This document shows positions 1 through 8,815 of a stretch of DNA of 64,000 nt, one piece after another. The first letter of the stretch is position 1; each line of letters opens with the position of its first letter. The stretch lies in assembly GCA_016934855.1 (NCBI GenBank), contig JAFGSA010000052.1:6220-70219 (forward strand). Direction: 5' to 3'. The notes below the pieces were generated by a model, which was not told the DNA's origin, did no database searches, and saw only the letters and a program-made list of their open reading frames with translations. The position numbers and the translations under genes are program-made. Source of the DNA: Elusimicrobiota bacterium. Lineage in GTDB: Bacteria > CG03 > SLGR01 > JAFGSA01.

Positions 1-1362
1 CGTAGCCCCGTCCGCTCCCACGGATATACCCCCGTGGGCATCGGCTATCTTGACATCGAGCTCGTTATAGCAGGCCGTGGTCCTTATCTGATCCCAGGCT
101 CTCCCCGTAGCGAACACCCCGTACGAACCCACGAATGATATCCGGCCTTCTTTTGCAAGGCCGGATGCGACTTCGAGCATGTTCGCCTCGGCTATCCCTA
201 CGCTGAAAAACCTCTTTTTCCTCTCGGGATGGTTCTTGAAGAACATATCCATCTTAATGGAGCTGGTTATATCCGCCCCGTGGGCGACTATCTTCTCGTC
301 AGCCCCTATCTCGTCAAGGGCGTCGCCGAAACCCATCCTCGTCGCCTTCATCTCGACCTTCATATCATCCTGTGAATTCCACCAGTAATCCCGGGAAAAC
401 TTCGGAAGCTTATCCTTTATCTTCCGGTCGACCTGCGCCTGGTAATCCGATGCCGTTTTCAGAAGAGCATCAACTTTCTCCTTCGTGAAGCCCTTGTCCG
501 CGATATCTTCAAGGGCTTTATCAAGCGATTCTTTTCCGCTGCGCCCGTCTTTCGGCGCAACCCCGTGATATCCCACCACGTTCTCGGCGTATGAAACGCC
601 CTTGCCTTTAACCGTGTTCGCGATTATGACAGTAGGCATTCCCTTCTTTCGGGAAGCGTCATCGAACGCTTTTAGAATCCCTTCCATATCATGCCCGTCT
701 ATCTCTATCACGTTCCAGCAGAAAGCCCTGTATTTATCCGCCAGCGGGCTGATGCACATGACCTCTTTAGTCGGACCGTCTATCTGAAGGTTGTTTTTAT
801 CCACTATGCCCACGATATTGTCCAGTTTGTAATGGCTGGCGCACATAACGGATTCCCATATCGAGCCCTCGTCCTGCTCCCCGTCACCCATTATGCAGAA
901 TACCCTGTAATCCCTGCCCTGCAGCCTGGCGTTGAGGGCTGATCCTATAGCCACACCCAGACCCTGGCCGAGAGACCCGCTCGAGAGCTCGACTCCCGGC
1001 AGCTTGAGCCTGTTCGGGTGCCCTTCGAAACCGGAACCGAGCTTCCTGAGTTTTACGACGTCTTCAACGGGAAAATAACCGGCTTCGGCAAGAGCGATGT
1101 AAAGAGCCGGGGCCTTATGCCCGGCGGACCAGAATATGCGGTCGCGGTCTTCCCAGCCGGGATTGCCGGGATCGTGCCTTGCCACTTTCAGGTATAAAGC
1201 GGCGGTGATATCCATTATGGAAAGCGTCCCCCCGGGATGACCCGACCCGGCAGCGTGGATCGAGATCATGTTGTAAGCTCTCATCTCCCTGGCTTTAGCC
1301 TTCAGTTCTTCTATAGAATAGTCCCTTATTACCTTGTTATTTTTAGAGTTTATTAAAGGCAT
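1..1362 (-). CDS. tkt: transketolase (N-terminal and middle domains; 3' end runs off the window start)
   Basis: Reverse-strand translation from ATG at 1360-1362 (SD AAGGAG upstream) gives MPLINSKNNK...SIHAAGSGHPGG...CIMGDGEQDEG...ANTVKGKGVSYAEN, the TPP-binding transketolase signature. It is open to position 1 and absent from the ORF track because it has no stop inside the window. Confidence 0.85.
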   Translation of the reverse strand, partial: MPLINSKNNKVIRDYSIEELKAKAREMRAYNMISIHAAGSGHPGGTLSIMDITAALYLKVARHDPGNPGWEDRDRIFWSAGHKAPALYIALAEAGYFPVEDVVKLRKLGSGFEGHPNRLKLPGVELSSGSLGQGLGVAIGSALNARLQGRDYRVFCIMGDGEQDEGSIWESVMCASHYKLDNIVGIVDKNNLQIDGPTKEVMCISPLADKYRAFCWNVIEIDGHDMEGILKAFDDASRKKGMPTVIIANTVKGKGVSYAENVVGYHGVAPKDGRSGKESLDKALEDIADKGFTKEKVDALLKTASDYQAQVDRKIKDKLPKFSRDYWWNSQDDMKVEMKATRMGFGDALDEIGADEKIVAHGADITSSIKMDMFFKNHPERKKRFFSVGIAEANMLEVASGLAKEGRISFVGSYGVFATGRAWDQIRTTACYNELDVKIADAHGGISVGADGAT

Positions 1363-1408
1363 ATTTAACTCCTTTCTCTTCCCCCCAGACCTTATATAAG
1401 GCTGTAAT

Positions 1409-2602
1409 CTAGCCTTCTATGAATTTTTTAAGTTTTCCAAGACCTTCTTCCATTTCCGGGATATCTATCCCGGAGTAGGCGAACCTTATATACCTGTTGG
1501 TCTCGCCGGGAAGCTCCTTGCCGAAATGAAGTCTTGTGCAGAACGAGACGCCGGTCTCCTGCAAGACTGTTTTACGGAACTCGTGGTATGTCTTGAAACC
1601 CATATTCTCCATGACCTCTGTTACGTTAGGAAACAGATAGAAAGTGCTCTCTGGCTGAAAACACCTGAACCCTTTTATGGAGTTCAGGAGTTTTATTCCC
1701 TTATCCCTTCTCTCCTTTAAAATACCCAGTATCTTTTTCGGGCCTGACTGGTCGCCCTTGAGGGCTTCTACTGCGCCGTACTGTATGAAATGGTTCGGGC
1801 AGGATTCGTCGTTAGTGTTCAGTTTGGCGTATATATCCGCGATCTGCCGGCAGGTGATGGCGGCTCCGAGCCGCCAGCCTGTCATAGCGAATTTTTTCGA
1901 GAAAGTATAAAGCAGCACGCAGCGCTTGCGCATTCCGGGAAGCGAGGCCAGGGACTTGGAACAGCCGCTGTAGCGTATATCGAAATACGCTTCGTCGCAC
2001 AGGACAAGGAGGTCGTTCCTGACGACTATTTCCGCTATCCTTTCCAGCTCCTCCATGCTGGCCTCCGCCGCCATCGGGTTCTGGAAATCATTGAATATCA
2101 ATAGTTTCGTCTTGTCGGTTATGGCCCTTTCCATGCTGTCCAGGTCCAGCAGGAACCCGTCCTTCCCTTCCTTGTATGTGTAGGGCACGGCAACGCCGCC
2201 GCTGAATTCTATCTGCGACTCATATATAGGGTACCCGGGGTTAGGATAAAGCACTTCGTCGCCCGGGTTCATCAGGCAATCGATGAACTTGCCTATGACA
2301 GGCTTGCCGCCCGGCTCTATAATAACGTTTTCCCAGGTAAAATCGGAATCGTGTGACCTGTTTATGTCCTGGGCAAGTGCTTCCCGGAGCTCCTTTATGC
2401 CCGCGTTGGGACAATAACCTGTCTTGCCGTCATAAATAGCCTTGATAGATGCCTGTATTATGTTCTCCGGTGTACGTATATTCAGGTCCCCGAGGTGAAA
2501 AGGATAGACTTTGTTTCCTTTTGAGGCGTGTTCGTTCGCTTCAGCCGATACCAGGAATGCGGTTTCGGTACCCAGCTTTTTAACCCTGTCTGCAATTCTC
2601 AT
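1409..2602 (-). CDS. class I pyridoxal-phosphate-dependent aminotransferase (aspartate aminotransferase family)
   Basis: 397 aa with the PLP-lysine motif FSKKFAMTGWRLG and a fold-type I aminotransferase layout. Confidence 0.8.
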   Translation of the reverse strand: MRIADRVKKLGTETAFLVSAEANEHASKGNKVYPFHLGDLNIRTPENIIQASIKAIYDGKTGYCPNAGIKELREALAQDINRSHDSDFTWENVIIEPGGKPVIGKFIDCLMNPGDEVLYPNPGYPIYESQIEFSGGVAVPYTYKEGKDGFLLDLDSMERAITDKTKLLIFNDFQNPMAAEASMEELERIAEIVVRNDLLVLCDEAYFDIRYSGCSKSLASLPGMRKRCVLLYTFSKKFAMTGWRLGAAITCRQIADIYAKLNTNDESCPNHFIQYGAVEALKGDQSGPKKILGILKERRDKGIKLLNSIKGFRCFQPESTFYLFPNVTEVMENMGFKTYHEFRKTVLQETGVSFCTRLHFGKELPGETNRYIRFAYSGIDIPEMEEGLGKLKKFIEG

Positions 2603-2681
2603 CTTCCGACTCCTTCATCTAAACCGTTTTTAGATTTTATTAAATACGCGATAAAAATTCAACCTCCGGAAAGCTCCGGAT

Positions 2682-3044
2682 TCACGCCAGCCGGTCATCT
2701 ATCTGCCTCAGTAAAGCCTGCGAATCGAACGGTTTGACGACATAACTCACAGCGCCGGCCTCCAGCCCTCTCATCACGTCCCCCTCCTGGCCCAGGGCAG
2801 AAAGTATTATTATCGGGATTTTCGAGGTCTTGGGATCACCTGATATGGTCTCCGTGGCCTCTATGCCGTTCATCTGGGGCATCATTATGTCCATGAGTAT
2901 CAGGTCGGGTTTTTCCTTGCCCACTGCCTCCACTGCCTCTTTACCGTTATAGCATACGACCACTTTATAATCCTTCTTCTCGAGCATGAACCTAAGCAGC
3001 CTTATAGTAACATCATCGTCTTCGACTATCATTATCTTTTTCAT
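2682..3044 (-). CDS. single-domain response regulator (CheY-like receiver)
   Basis: MKKIMIVEDD...DLILMDIMMP...KP receiver motifs. The ORF-track start at 3053 is TTG; the ATG at 3044 sits 9 nt after the SD GGAGAGG. Confidence 0.8.
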   Translation of the reverse strand: MKKIMIVEDDDVTIRLLRFMLEKKDYKVVVCYNGKEAVEAVGKEKPDLILMDIMMPQMNGIEATETISGDPKTSKIPIIILSALGQEGDVMRGLEAGAVSYVVKPFDSQALLRQIDDRLA

Positions 3045-3092
3045 GATGGACAACCTCTCCTTCCGGTACCTTTATTATTTCATTCATCGCTG

Positions 3093-5285
3093 TCATTTTC
3101 CTTTTTTCGCGCATATTGCTATATCGAGCATCAGGTTGAGCGCGTCGCTGTCTTTGATATCGCCCTGGGAAAGTATCTCGAAAGGCATCGAAGCCTTATC
3201 CATGGCCTTGCTGATATTATCCCGGAATTCCTTTATATCCACTTCAGAGTCTTTCCCGGGCTCCATGCACATGGCTATATCTATATTGTTGGTCGTGGAC
3301 ATGTGCGCGATCTTCTCGTAATTTATCATCTTGGGGGAATAATAATGAACAAACAGCGGCTTCACATAGAAATTAAAGCGTTTCTGCGTGGCCAGTTTCC
3401 CCAGCCTGTCGACTATTTTAGCCGTTATTGACTCCGAGCCCTCGGGCAGGAGGTATCCCGTTCTTATTTCCCTGAGCTCTTCTTTCTCCTCGCCTATGAC
3501 CTTCGTTTCGAAATTCTCGTCTACCGGTTTTGCTTTTTTATCCTCTTTTTTCTCAAGAGGCTTTATCTTGCCTATCGGTTTGACCGGAGCTTTTTTCGCC
3601 GCGGCAGCCTTTTTCTCATCAGGCGGCGGCGGCGGTTCATCGTCAAACTTGTTTATTTTTTCGACGGGGGCGTATTCAGCGCAGTTCCGGCAGTAATACC
3701 TGTTGTATTTCTGGATATATTCCAGGGGATTGCCGCATTTCATGCATCTTCTTATATCCTCTACCGGCGGATGCATCCCCGGCGGCTGGGGAGCGTACGG
3801 CCTCACGGGCGGATAGCCTGCGGGCATGAACGGCTGCATGGGATCCGTATACATCCCGCAGCCGGTGCAGAAATATTTCTGGTACTGGGGCAGGAAAGTC
3901 AGCTGTCCGCCGCATCTCGCGCAGATATTGCCCATCTGATGAGGGGCGGGATATGGCGGCATTACAGGAGGCGCGTACGGCTGCTGCATCCCGGGCTGCC
4001 GGACCGATGCGGGCGCCGGCGCCTCTTCCTCTTCTTCCGGTTCCTCTTTTCTGGCTTTCTTCTTTTTCTTCGGCTTCTCCTCCTCTGCTTCATCTTCATC
4101 CTGGTCTTTGGGGAGATTGTTGTCTATTATGTCCTTGACGAAATCCAGCTCTATCTGGTCGTTAGAGAGCTCCAGGTAAGCCGCTATGCGGTTTATTATA
4201 CCCTCGAGCTCCCTTATATTGTCGGTCAGGCGCTCCGAAATATAGCTCGTTATCTCTTCGGATATCTCTATGCCTGCCTGTTCGGCCTTCCTTTTTATTA
4301 TGGCGCGGCGCGTCTCTATGTTTGGAGATTTAATATCGGTAGTGAGCCCCCATTCGAACCTGGATTTAAGCCTGTCTTCAAGGGTCGAGAGCTGTTTAGG
4401 GGGTTTATCCGAAGTTATTACTATCTGTTTGCCCACGGCATGCATGGCGTTGAAGATATGGAAGAACTCCTCCTGCGTGGATTCCGACTGTTCGAGGAAC
4501 TGTATGTCGTCTATAAGCAGAAGGTCTATCTGCTTGTATTTCATCCTGAGGCTGTTCACTTTTCCCTTTTCTATCGCCTCCACGACTTCGTTTACGAAAT
4601 TATCCGTCGTGACATAAGCGATAGTAAACTCGGGATACTGCTCCTTGACGAACGTGCCTATGGCCTGCATGAGGTGCGTCTTGCCGAGCCCCACGCCGCC
4701 GTAGATGAACAGCGGGTTGTAGTTCTTGCCGGGTTTTTCTGCCACGGCCTTGCACGCGGCATAGGTGAACCTGGTATTGGCTCCGACGACGAAATTATCG
4801 AATGTATATTTTTCGTTAAGGTCCATGTATACGCCGTTCCCGGATTTCTTTTCTTCGGGTTTCCCGTCCGTCTTTGCTTCTTCTTTTTCAGCGGCAGGAG
4901 GTTCGGCCTCGTCCTCTTTTTCTTCTTCGGGTCTGTTTTCCTTCGACTCGGGCTTCTCCGGCTCTACCTTTTCTTCCTCGAGCACGGGCTTTTCCTCAGT
5001 TTTCTCTTCTTCCCCGGGTTTCTCGTCTTCCTTAGGCTGGTCCTTCCGGTTCAGTATCCTGTCCAGTTCGGATGTTATCCTGTCCCTTAACTTGTCATTC
5101 AGCTCATAAAGGTATAACGACCAGTCGAAATTCTCGTTAGGCGAAGGGAAGGGCTTACTGGCGATCTTGCCCAGTTTTTTAACCAGGACATTGATGTCCT
5201 TCTCATCGCCTACGATATTAAGCTTGTAGCGGTTATCGTCTTTTGCAGTAGGTACGTGTTCGAGCGTATAGTCTTTAAATACCAT
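3093..5285 (-). CDS. DnaA-like AAA+ ATPase lacking domain IV, with two C-terminal zinc ribbons and an unknown C-terminal domain
   Basis: DnaA domain-III motifs: Walker A FIYGGVGLGKTHLMQAIG, Walker B LLLIDDIQFL, box VII DRLKSRFEWGLTTDIKSPNIETRRAII, sensor II NIRELEGIINRIA. There is no domain-IV HTH. An acidic/lysine-rich and proline-rich low-complexity stretch follows, then two C-x2-C-x14-C-x2-C ribbons (nt 3858-3923 and 3681-3746), then a roughly 140 aa unknown domain. The most likely start is MVFKDY at 5285, 21 nt after the upstream stop, rather than the 5468 ORF-track start. Confidence 0.8.
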   Translation of the reverse strand: MVFKDYTLEHVPTAKDDNRYKLNIVGDEKDINVLVKKLGKIASKPFPSPNENFDWSLYLYELNDKLRDRITSELDRILNRKDQPKEDEKPGEEEKTEEKPVLEEEKVEPEKPESKENRPEEEKEDEAEPPAAEKEEAKTDGKPEEKKSGNGVYMDLNEKYTFDNFVVGANTRFTYAACKAVAEKPGKNYNPLFIYGGVGLGKTHLMQAIGTFVKEQYPEFTIAYVTTDNFVNEVVEAIEKGKVNSLRMKYKQIDLLLIDDIQFLEQSESTQEEFFHIFNAMHAVGKQIVITSDKPPKQLSTLEDRLKSRFEWGLTTDIKSPNIETRRAIIKRKAEQAGIEISEEITSYISERLTDNIRELEGIINRIAAYLELSNDQIELDFVKDIIDNNLPKDQDEDEAEEEKPKKKKKARKEEPEEEEEAPAPASVRQPGMQQPYAPPVMPPYPAPHQMGNICARCGGQLTFLPQYQKYFCTGCGMYTDPMQPFMPAGYPPVRPYAPQPPGMHPPVEDIRRCMKCGNPLEYIQKYNRYYCRNCAEYAPVEKINKFDDEPPPPPDEKKAAAAKKAPVKPIGKIKPLEKKEDKKAKPVDENFETKVIGEEKEELREIRTGYLLPEGSESITAKIVDRLGKLATQKRFNFYVKPLFVHYYSPKMINYEKIAHMSTTNNIDIAMCMEPGKDSEVDIKEFRDNISKAMDKASMPFEILSQGDIKDSDALNLMLDIAICAKKGK

Positions 5286-5305
5286 CAGCTGCCTTTTCCG
5301 GAAAC

Positions 5306-5905
5306 TCAGCCATTCATGACCGCCTTGATCTTTTCCGATACAATACCGTATTTCTCCGCGAAACCGGACTCCAGTCCCGCCTGCCTGCCGGCCATCTGAG
5401 CGCAGGACGACTTGTCCCCTATGCCTTTCGCGTTTATATGATAGTTCATCATGCCGCCCCTGAAACATGAACCCGCAAGTTCAGACGAAATACCCACATC
5501 GGTGATTATGTTAGCGAATTTCCCGAGATCGAGCGAGCCGGCTACATCCAGCAGTTCACAGCTCTTCTCGGCTATCTCCAGCGAGACAAGCGCTGATGCC
5601 TTAAGAGCGGCCTGGAGTTTTTCCCCTCCCTGCCTCCACGCGGCGAGCACCTCTTTGAACCTTGCGCTGTCTTCTTCCGCAAGAGAAAGCATCTTCTTCT
5701 GTATACCGAGGAGCCTGCTCTCCGCAGCGAGAGCCTCCCCGTTCTGCCGGTCTTTTTTCAGCACCGCTATCCTGAGCGACATGAGCAAGAGAGCGCATGC
5801 CATCGAACCGATGACTCCCAGCGCGTTTCCGCCGCCCGGAGTACCGCTGTCCGAAGACAGCTTCTCAATATATCCGCCCAGAGAACTTTCAGTTAAACTG
5901 TCCAT
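5306..5905 (-). CDS. formiminotransferase-cyclodeaminase (FTCD_C)-like domain protein
   Basis: GTPGGGNALGVIGSMACALLLMSL matches the cyclodeaminase / methenyl-THF cyclohydrolase glycine-rich motif. SD GGAAGG precedes the ATG. Confidence 0.6.
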   Translation of the reverse strand: MDSLTESSLGGYIEKLSSDSGTPGGGNALGVIGSMACALLLMSLRIAVLKKDRQNGEALAAESRLLGIQKKMLSLAEEDSARFKEVLAAWRQGGEKLQAALKASALVSLEIAEKSCELLDVAGSLDLGKFANIITDVGISSELAGSCFRGGMMNYHINAKGIGDKSSCAQMAGRQAGLESGFAEKYGIVSEKIKAVMNG

Positions 5906-6176
5906 TTATCCTGACCTTCCCTTCTTCTACAAGGATCCTGGCCAGGGGCGTTACCAGAGCCCCCGGCGGGATATTTACCGTCATCGAGCCTTTTCTCATC
6001 TCGTCCAGGAGATACTTCTCCGTTATGAGAGCGCGCGCGGAAGCCATTTTTCCGCCGGACAGCGTTCTGCCGGTGAAGAACCCCCGTTTAAAATCATCCT
6101 TCCCGCTCTTTCCTGTCTCCGCCGCCTGTGAAAAAGCGTCTACTATCATATCGGCGATGAGTTCATCTCTTACCAT
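5889..6176 (-). CDS. small hypothetical protein (95 aa) with an amphipathic N-terminus, BMC-locus associated
   Basis: SD AAAGGGG precedes the ATG. The N-terminal helix DELIADMIVDAFSQAA resembles encapsulation peptides. The C-terminus has a GALVTPLARILVEEG motif also found in the TIM N-extension. Confidence 0.55.
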   Translation of the reverse strand: MVRDELIADMIVDAFSQAAETGKSGKDDFKRGFFTGRTLSGGKMASARALITEKYLLDEMRKGSMTVNIPPGALVTPLARILVEEGKVRINGQFN

Positions 6177-6259
6177 TAAATACCCCTTTTCTCGATACTG
6201 ACGATCACGGAAGACCGGGAACAGGCCGCGGCTCCCTGATCATCAGAACCGGCCTTTTC

Positions 6260-6559
6260 TCAGCTTTTCTTTTTCAGATGCCCCTGGGGGAGTATCATCT
6301 CGAGATCCTCATGAGGCCTCGGTATAACGTGAACGCTCACCAGTTCTCCGACCTTCTGAGCGGCCGCCGCGCCGGCTTCCACAGCCGCCCGCACAGCTCC
6401 TACTTCTCCCCTGACCATAGTCGTCACGTAACCGTGCCCTATCTTCTCGTATCCCGCGAGATCGACCTTGGCAGCCTTCACCATCGCATCGGACGCCTCT
6501 ATCATCCCTATCAGCCCGATCGTCTCGATCATTCCCAACGCAAACTTAGATTCCGCCAT
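6260..6559 (-). CDS. BMC-H shell protein (PduA/EutM-like hexamer)
   Basis: [26 protein letters not shown]...[19 protein letters not shown] is the canonical BMC (PF00936) domain. A strong AGGAGG SD precedes the ATG. Confidence 0.93.
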   Translation of the reverse strand: MAESKFALGMIETIGLIGMIEASDAMVKAAKVDLAGYEKIGHGYVTTMVRGEVGAVRAAVEAGAAAAQKVGELVSVHVIPRPHEDLEMILPQGHLKKKS

Positions 6560-6578
6560 TTTATACCTCCTGTTTTCA

Positions 6579-6716
6579 GTTTTAAGTTTTAAGCTTTAAG
6601 CTGTAAGCTCAATAATCCGCGAAAATATGAAAATCCATTCATAACATCATCAGTTAATTGATTTTCTTTTCCTGTCATTTCTTTGTCTTATAACTTACAG
6701 CTTACAACTTACAACT
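6579..6716. repeat. long imperfect inverted repeat (about 23 bp arms built from TTTAAG/CTTACA heptamer-like units) flanking an AT-rich roughly 80 nt spacer, between the aldolase and BMC-H genes
   Basis: Left arm tttaagttttaagctttaagctgtaagct and right arm ttataacttacagcttacaacttacaact are reverse complements with 3 mismatches. Confidence 0.6.
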
Positions 6717-8120
6717 CTAGTACTTGCTGTCGGATTTTCCTCCCGTCACTATGGCAACCGACGCCGACGCACCTATCCTGGTCGCTCCGGCTTTCACCAT
6801 CGTATCCGCATCTTCGCCCGTGCGTATTCCGCCTGATGCTTTGACTCCCATCGCAGGGCCGACGGTCTTTCTCATCAGGCTTATATCCTCGGCAGTAGCG
6901 CCTCCCGGGCCGAAACCGGTAGATGTCTTCACGAAGTCGGCGCCGGCATTCTTTGATATCTCGGACGCTTTTACTATCTGCTCCTTGCTGAGAAGCGCGG
7001 TCTCCAGGATTACCTTGAGAATTTTGCCCCGCGTCGCTTCCCTCACGGCTTTAATGTCATCCTCCACCAGCCGGTAGTTGCCTCCCTTCAGCGCTCCCAC
7101 GTTTAGGACCATGTCTATCTCGTCGGCACCGTTCGCTATCGCGTCGCGGGCTTCTATGGCCTTTACCGTAGGCGTGGTAGCTCCCAGGGGGAAACCTATC
7201 ACGGTAGTGACCCCTACGCCTGAGCCTTTCAGCAGTTCGCTGGCCATCTTCACGTGAGTCGGGTTCACGCAGACGGTGGCAAATTTATATTTTTTTGCTT
7301 CTTCACACAGTTTCCCTATCTGTTCCTGCGTCGCGTCCGCCTTGAGATTCGTATGGTCTATGAGCCTGGCAACATCAGCGGGCACTCCCGACGTGACCTG
7401 TTTCGAAGATATCCTTGATGCGCCGGCATCGATTATGGATTTAACCTCATCCTTGCGGTTTATCACGCAAAGCCCGCACTCCGCGCATGATTCGATACCC
7501 GGACAGGCTCCCGGCCTGGCCGTTTCTCCGCCGACCGGCACCACGTTCCTCAGGTTCATGATTTCAGCAGTCTTCTTCGCCAAATTCCTGCTGAGAGTTA
7601 TCTCGGCGCCCAGGTTTTTTATCGTGTTTATATACTCGTTTATCCTGCGCATGTAAAGTGACGTGACAGGAGGCTCGGGCGCATTACAGCACAATACCGA
7701 ATCCCTGGCCATTATTATCTTCTTTCCGTACCTCATCGCCATGAGGATGAGATTGCTGGCAGCGTTATCAGGCAGCATGTTTGCTATTTTGGATGCCCCG
7801 TTCAGCGTCAGGACAGGCACTATCACGGCATCCAGTTTCTCTACGAATCCCCTGTCCCACATCTCTTTCTCCGTAGCTATGTCGCAGCCGCCGGCTTCCT
7901 GTACTTTCTGCTTGCCGATGATACGTTCGGCGGCCGGAGTCAGAAAAGCGCGGAACTTCATGCCCATGTCCCTGAGACACCTCACCTGTTTAAGCGACGT
8001 TTCCACCTCCCTGTCCCCGCCCATGAATATGAGCAGGACGTTTTTTGCGGACGCATCTTCCCCCTTAAGCCTGTTTATCGTCTCCCTGGTCACTTTCTGT
8101 ATGAAATTCTCGTCTGCCAC
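6717..8120 (-). CDS. deoC: fusion of a flavoprotein-like (HFCD/SpoVFB-like) domain with deoxyribose-phosphate aldolase (DeoC/DERA)
   Basis: The C-terminal half ([12 protein letters not shown]...VKTSTGF...ASGGIRT) is a class I DERA. The N-terminal roughly 150 aa ([10 protein letters not shown]...[21 protein letters not shown]) resembles the PF02441 flavoprotein fold, and a Cys-rich linker ([13 protein letters not shown]) joins the halves. GTG start with SD AAGGAGGA. The N-terminal amphipathic helix [13 protein letters not shown] looks like an encapsulation peptide. Confidence 0.85.
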   Translation of the reverse strand: MADENFIQKVTRETINRLKGEDASAKNVLLIFMGGDREVETSLKQVRCLRDMGMKFRAFLTPAAERIIGKQKVQEAGGCDIATEKEMWDRGFVEKLDAVIVPVLTLNGASKIANMLPDNAASNLILMAMRYGKKIIMARDSVLCCNAPEPPVTSLYMRRINEYINTIKNLGAEITLSRNLAKKTAEIMNLRNVVPVGGETARPGACPGIESCAECGLCVINRKDEVKSIIDAGASRISSKQVTSGVPADVARLIDHTNLKADATQEQIGKLCEEAKKYKFATVCVNPTHVKMASELLKGSGVGVTTVIGFPLGATTPTVKAIEARDAIANGADEIDMVLNVGALKGGNYRLVEDDIKAVREATRGKILKVILETALLSKEQIVKASEISKNAGADFVKTSTGFGPGGATAEDISLMRKTVGPAMGVKASGGIRTGEDADTMVKAGATRIGASASVAIVTGGKSDSKY

Positions 8121-8129
8121 GGCTCCTCC

Positions 8130-8438
8130 TTAATGATATTTTTTCGTCTTATTCCCTGCCGAAACACTGTCTACTATGCCGGCTATTATCGTCCTGGTCG
8201 GCCCCTTACCGGCCCCCATCATCTGCCGGCAGGAAGATCCCTCGTCGATTATGAGCACCGTATCGCCGGGACCCGCATCCATGCTGTGGTCTATCGCAAG
8301 CTGTACCGGACCCGACCTGGTCCCTTTCATCCCGTCTACCGGACATATTAGCATCAGCTTTTTCCCTTCGAGCGAAGGATGTTTTCTCGTTGCCCAGACG
8401 TTCCCTACAACTTTTGCTATAAACATATAAATTCGCAT
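8130..8438 (-). CDS. BMC-P vertex protein (EutN/CcmL family pentamer)
   Basis: 102 aa with the EutN_CcmL pattern IAKVVGNVWATRK...GDTVLI...GAGKG. Confidence 0.88.
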   Translation of the reverse strand: MRIYMFIAKVVGNVWATRKHPSLEGKKLMLICPVDGMKGTRSGPVQLAIDHSMDAGPGDTVLIIDEGSSCRQMMGAGKGPTRTIIAGIVDSVSAGNKTKKYH

Positions 8439-8500
8439 CTCGTGAAGCGCATTTCGTGAAGCGTGCTATTCAGATGTATTTTTCCCGGACGATTCACTTT

Positions 8501-8815
8501 TTACGTTTCACCCTTCACTAAATTTACTCCGTCTATTATGCCTATCACCGCGTTATGGCATATAGGCTCTTCCTCGAAAGCCTGGCATGCTTCTTTAGAG
8601 GAAACATAAAAGACATATTCCGAATAGCCTGCACCGACCGCGTCGAGCGCCAGCACCGATTTACCGCTGTCTTTCGGACTTATATCCTTCCCGCCGTTCA
8701 CAGCTTCCGCCACCTCTTCCCAGGTCATCGGCTTCAGCATCAGTATCTTCTTCCCTCCGGTATTAGGGTACTTGCTGGTAGCTACGACCCTGCCTATGAC
8801 CCTGCCGGCTTTCAT
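8501..8815 (-). CDS. BMC-P vertex protein (EutN/CcmL family), second paralog with an insertion
   Basis: MKAGRVIGRVVATSKYP... is the EutN/CcmL N-terminal signature. An atypical roughly 25 aa insertion is present. The stop overlaps the downstream RpiB start. Confidence 0.82.
   Translation of the reverse strand: MKAGRVIGRVVATSKYPNTGGKKILMLKPMTWEEVAEAVNGGKDISPKDSGKSVLALDAVGAGYSEYVFYVSSKEACQAFEEEPICHNAVIGIIDGVNLVKGET

Noticed and set aside
3771-5090. 439-aa plus-strand ORF
   Set aside because: It is antisense to the DnaA-like gene. The protein is low-complexity (L/F/R-rich) with no motifs, an artefact of the acidic/proline-rich coding strand.
5286-5468. 61-codon 5' extension of the DnaA-like ORF (ORF-track start 5468)
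   Set aside because: It overlaps the upstream cyclodeaminase-like gene in another frame. The composition is R/G-rich and unlike the rest of the protein. The internal ATG at 5285 has an SD and sits 21 nt after the upstream stop.
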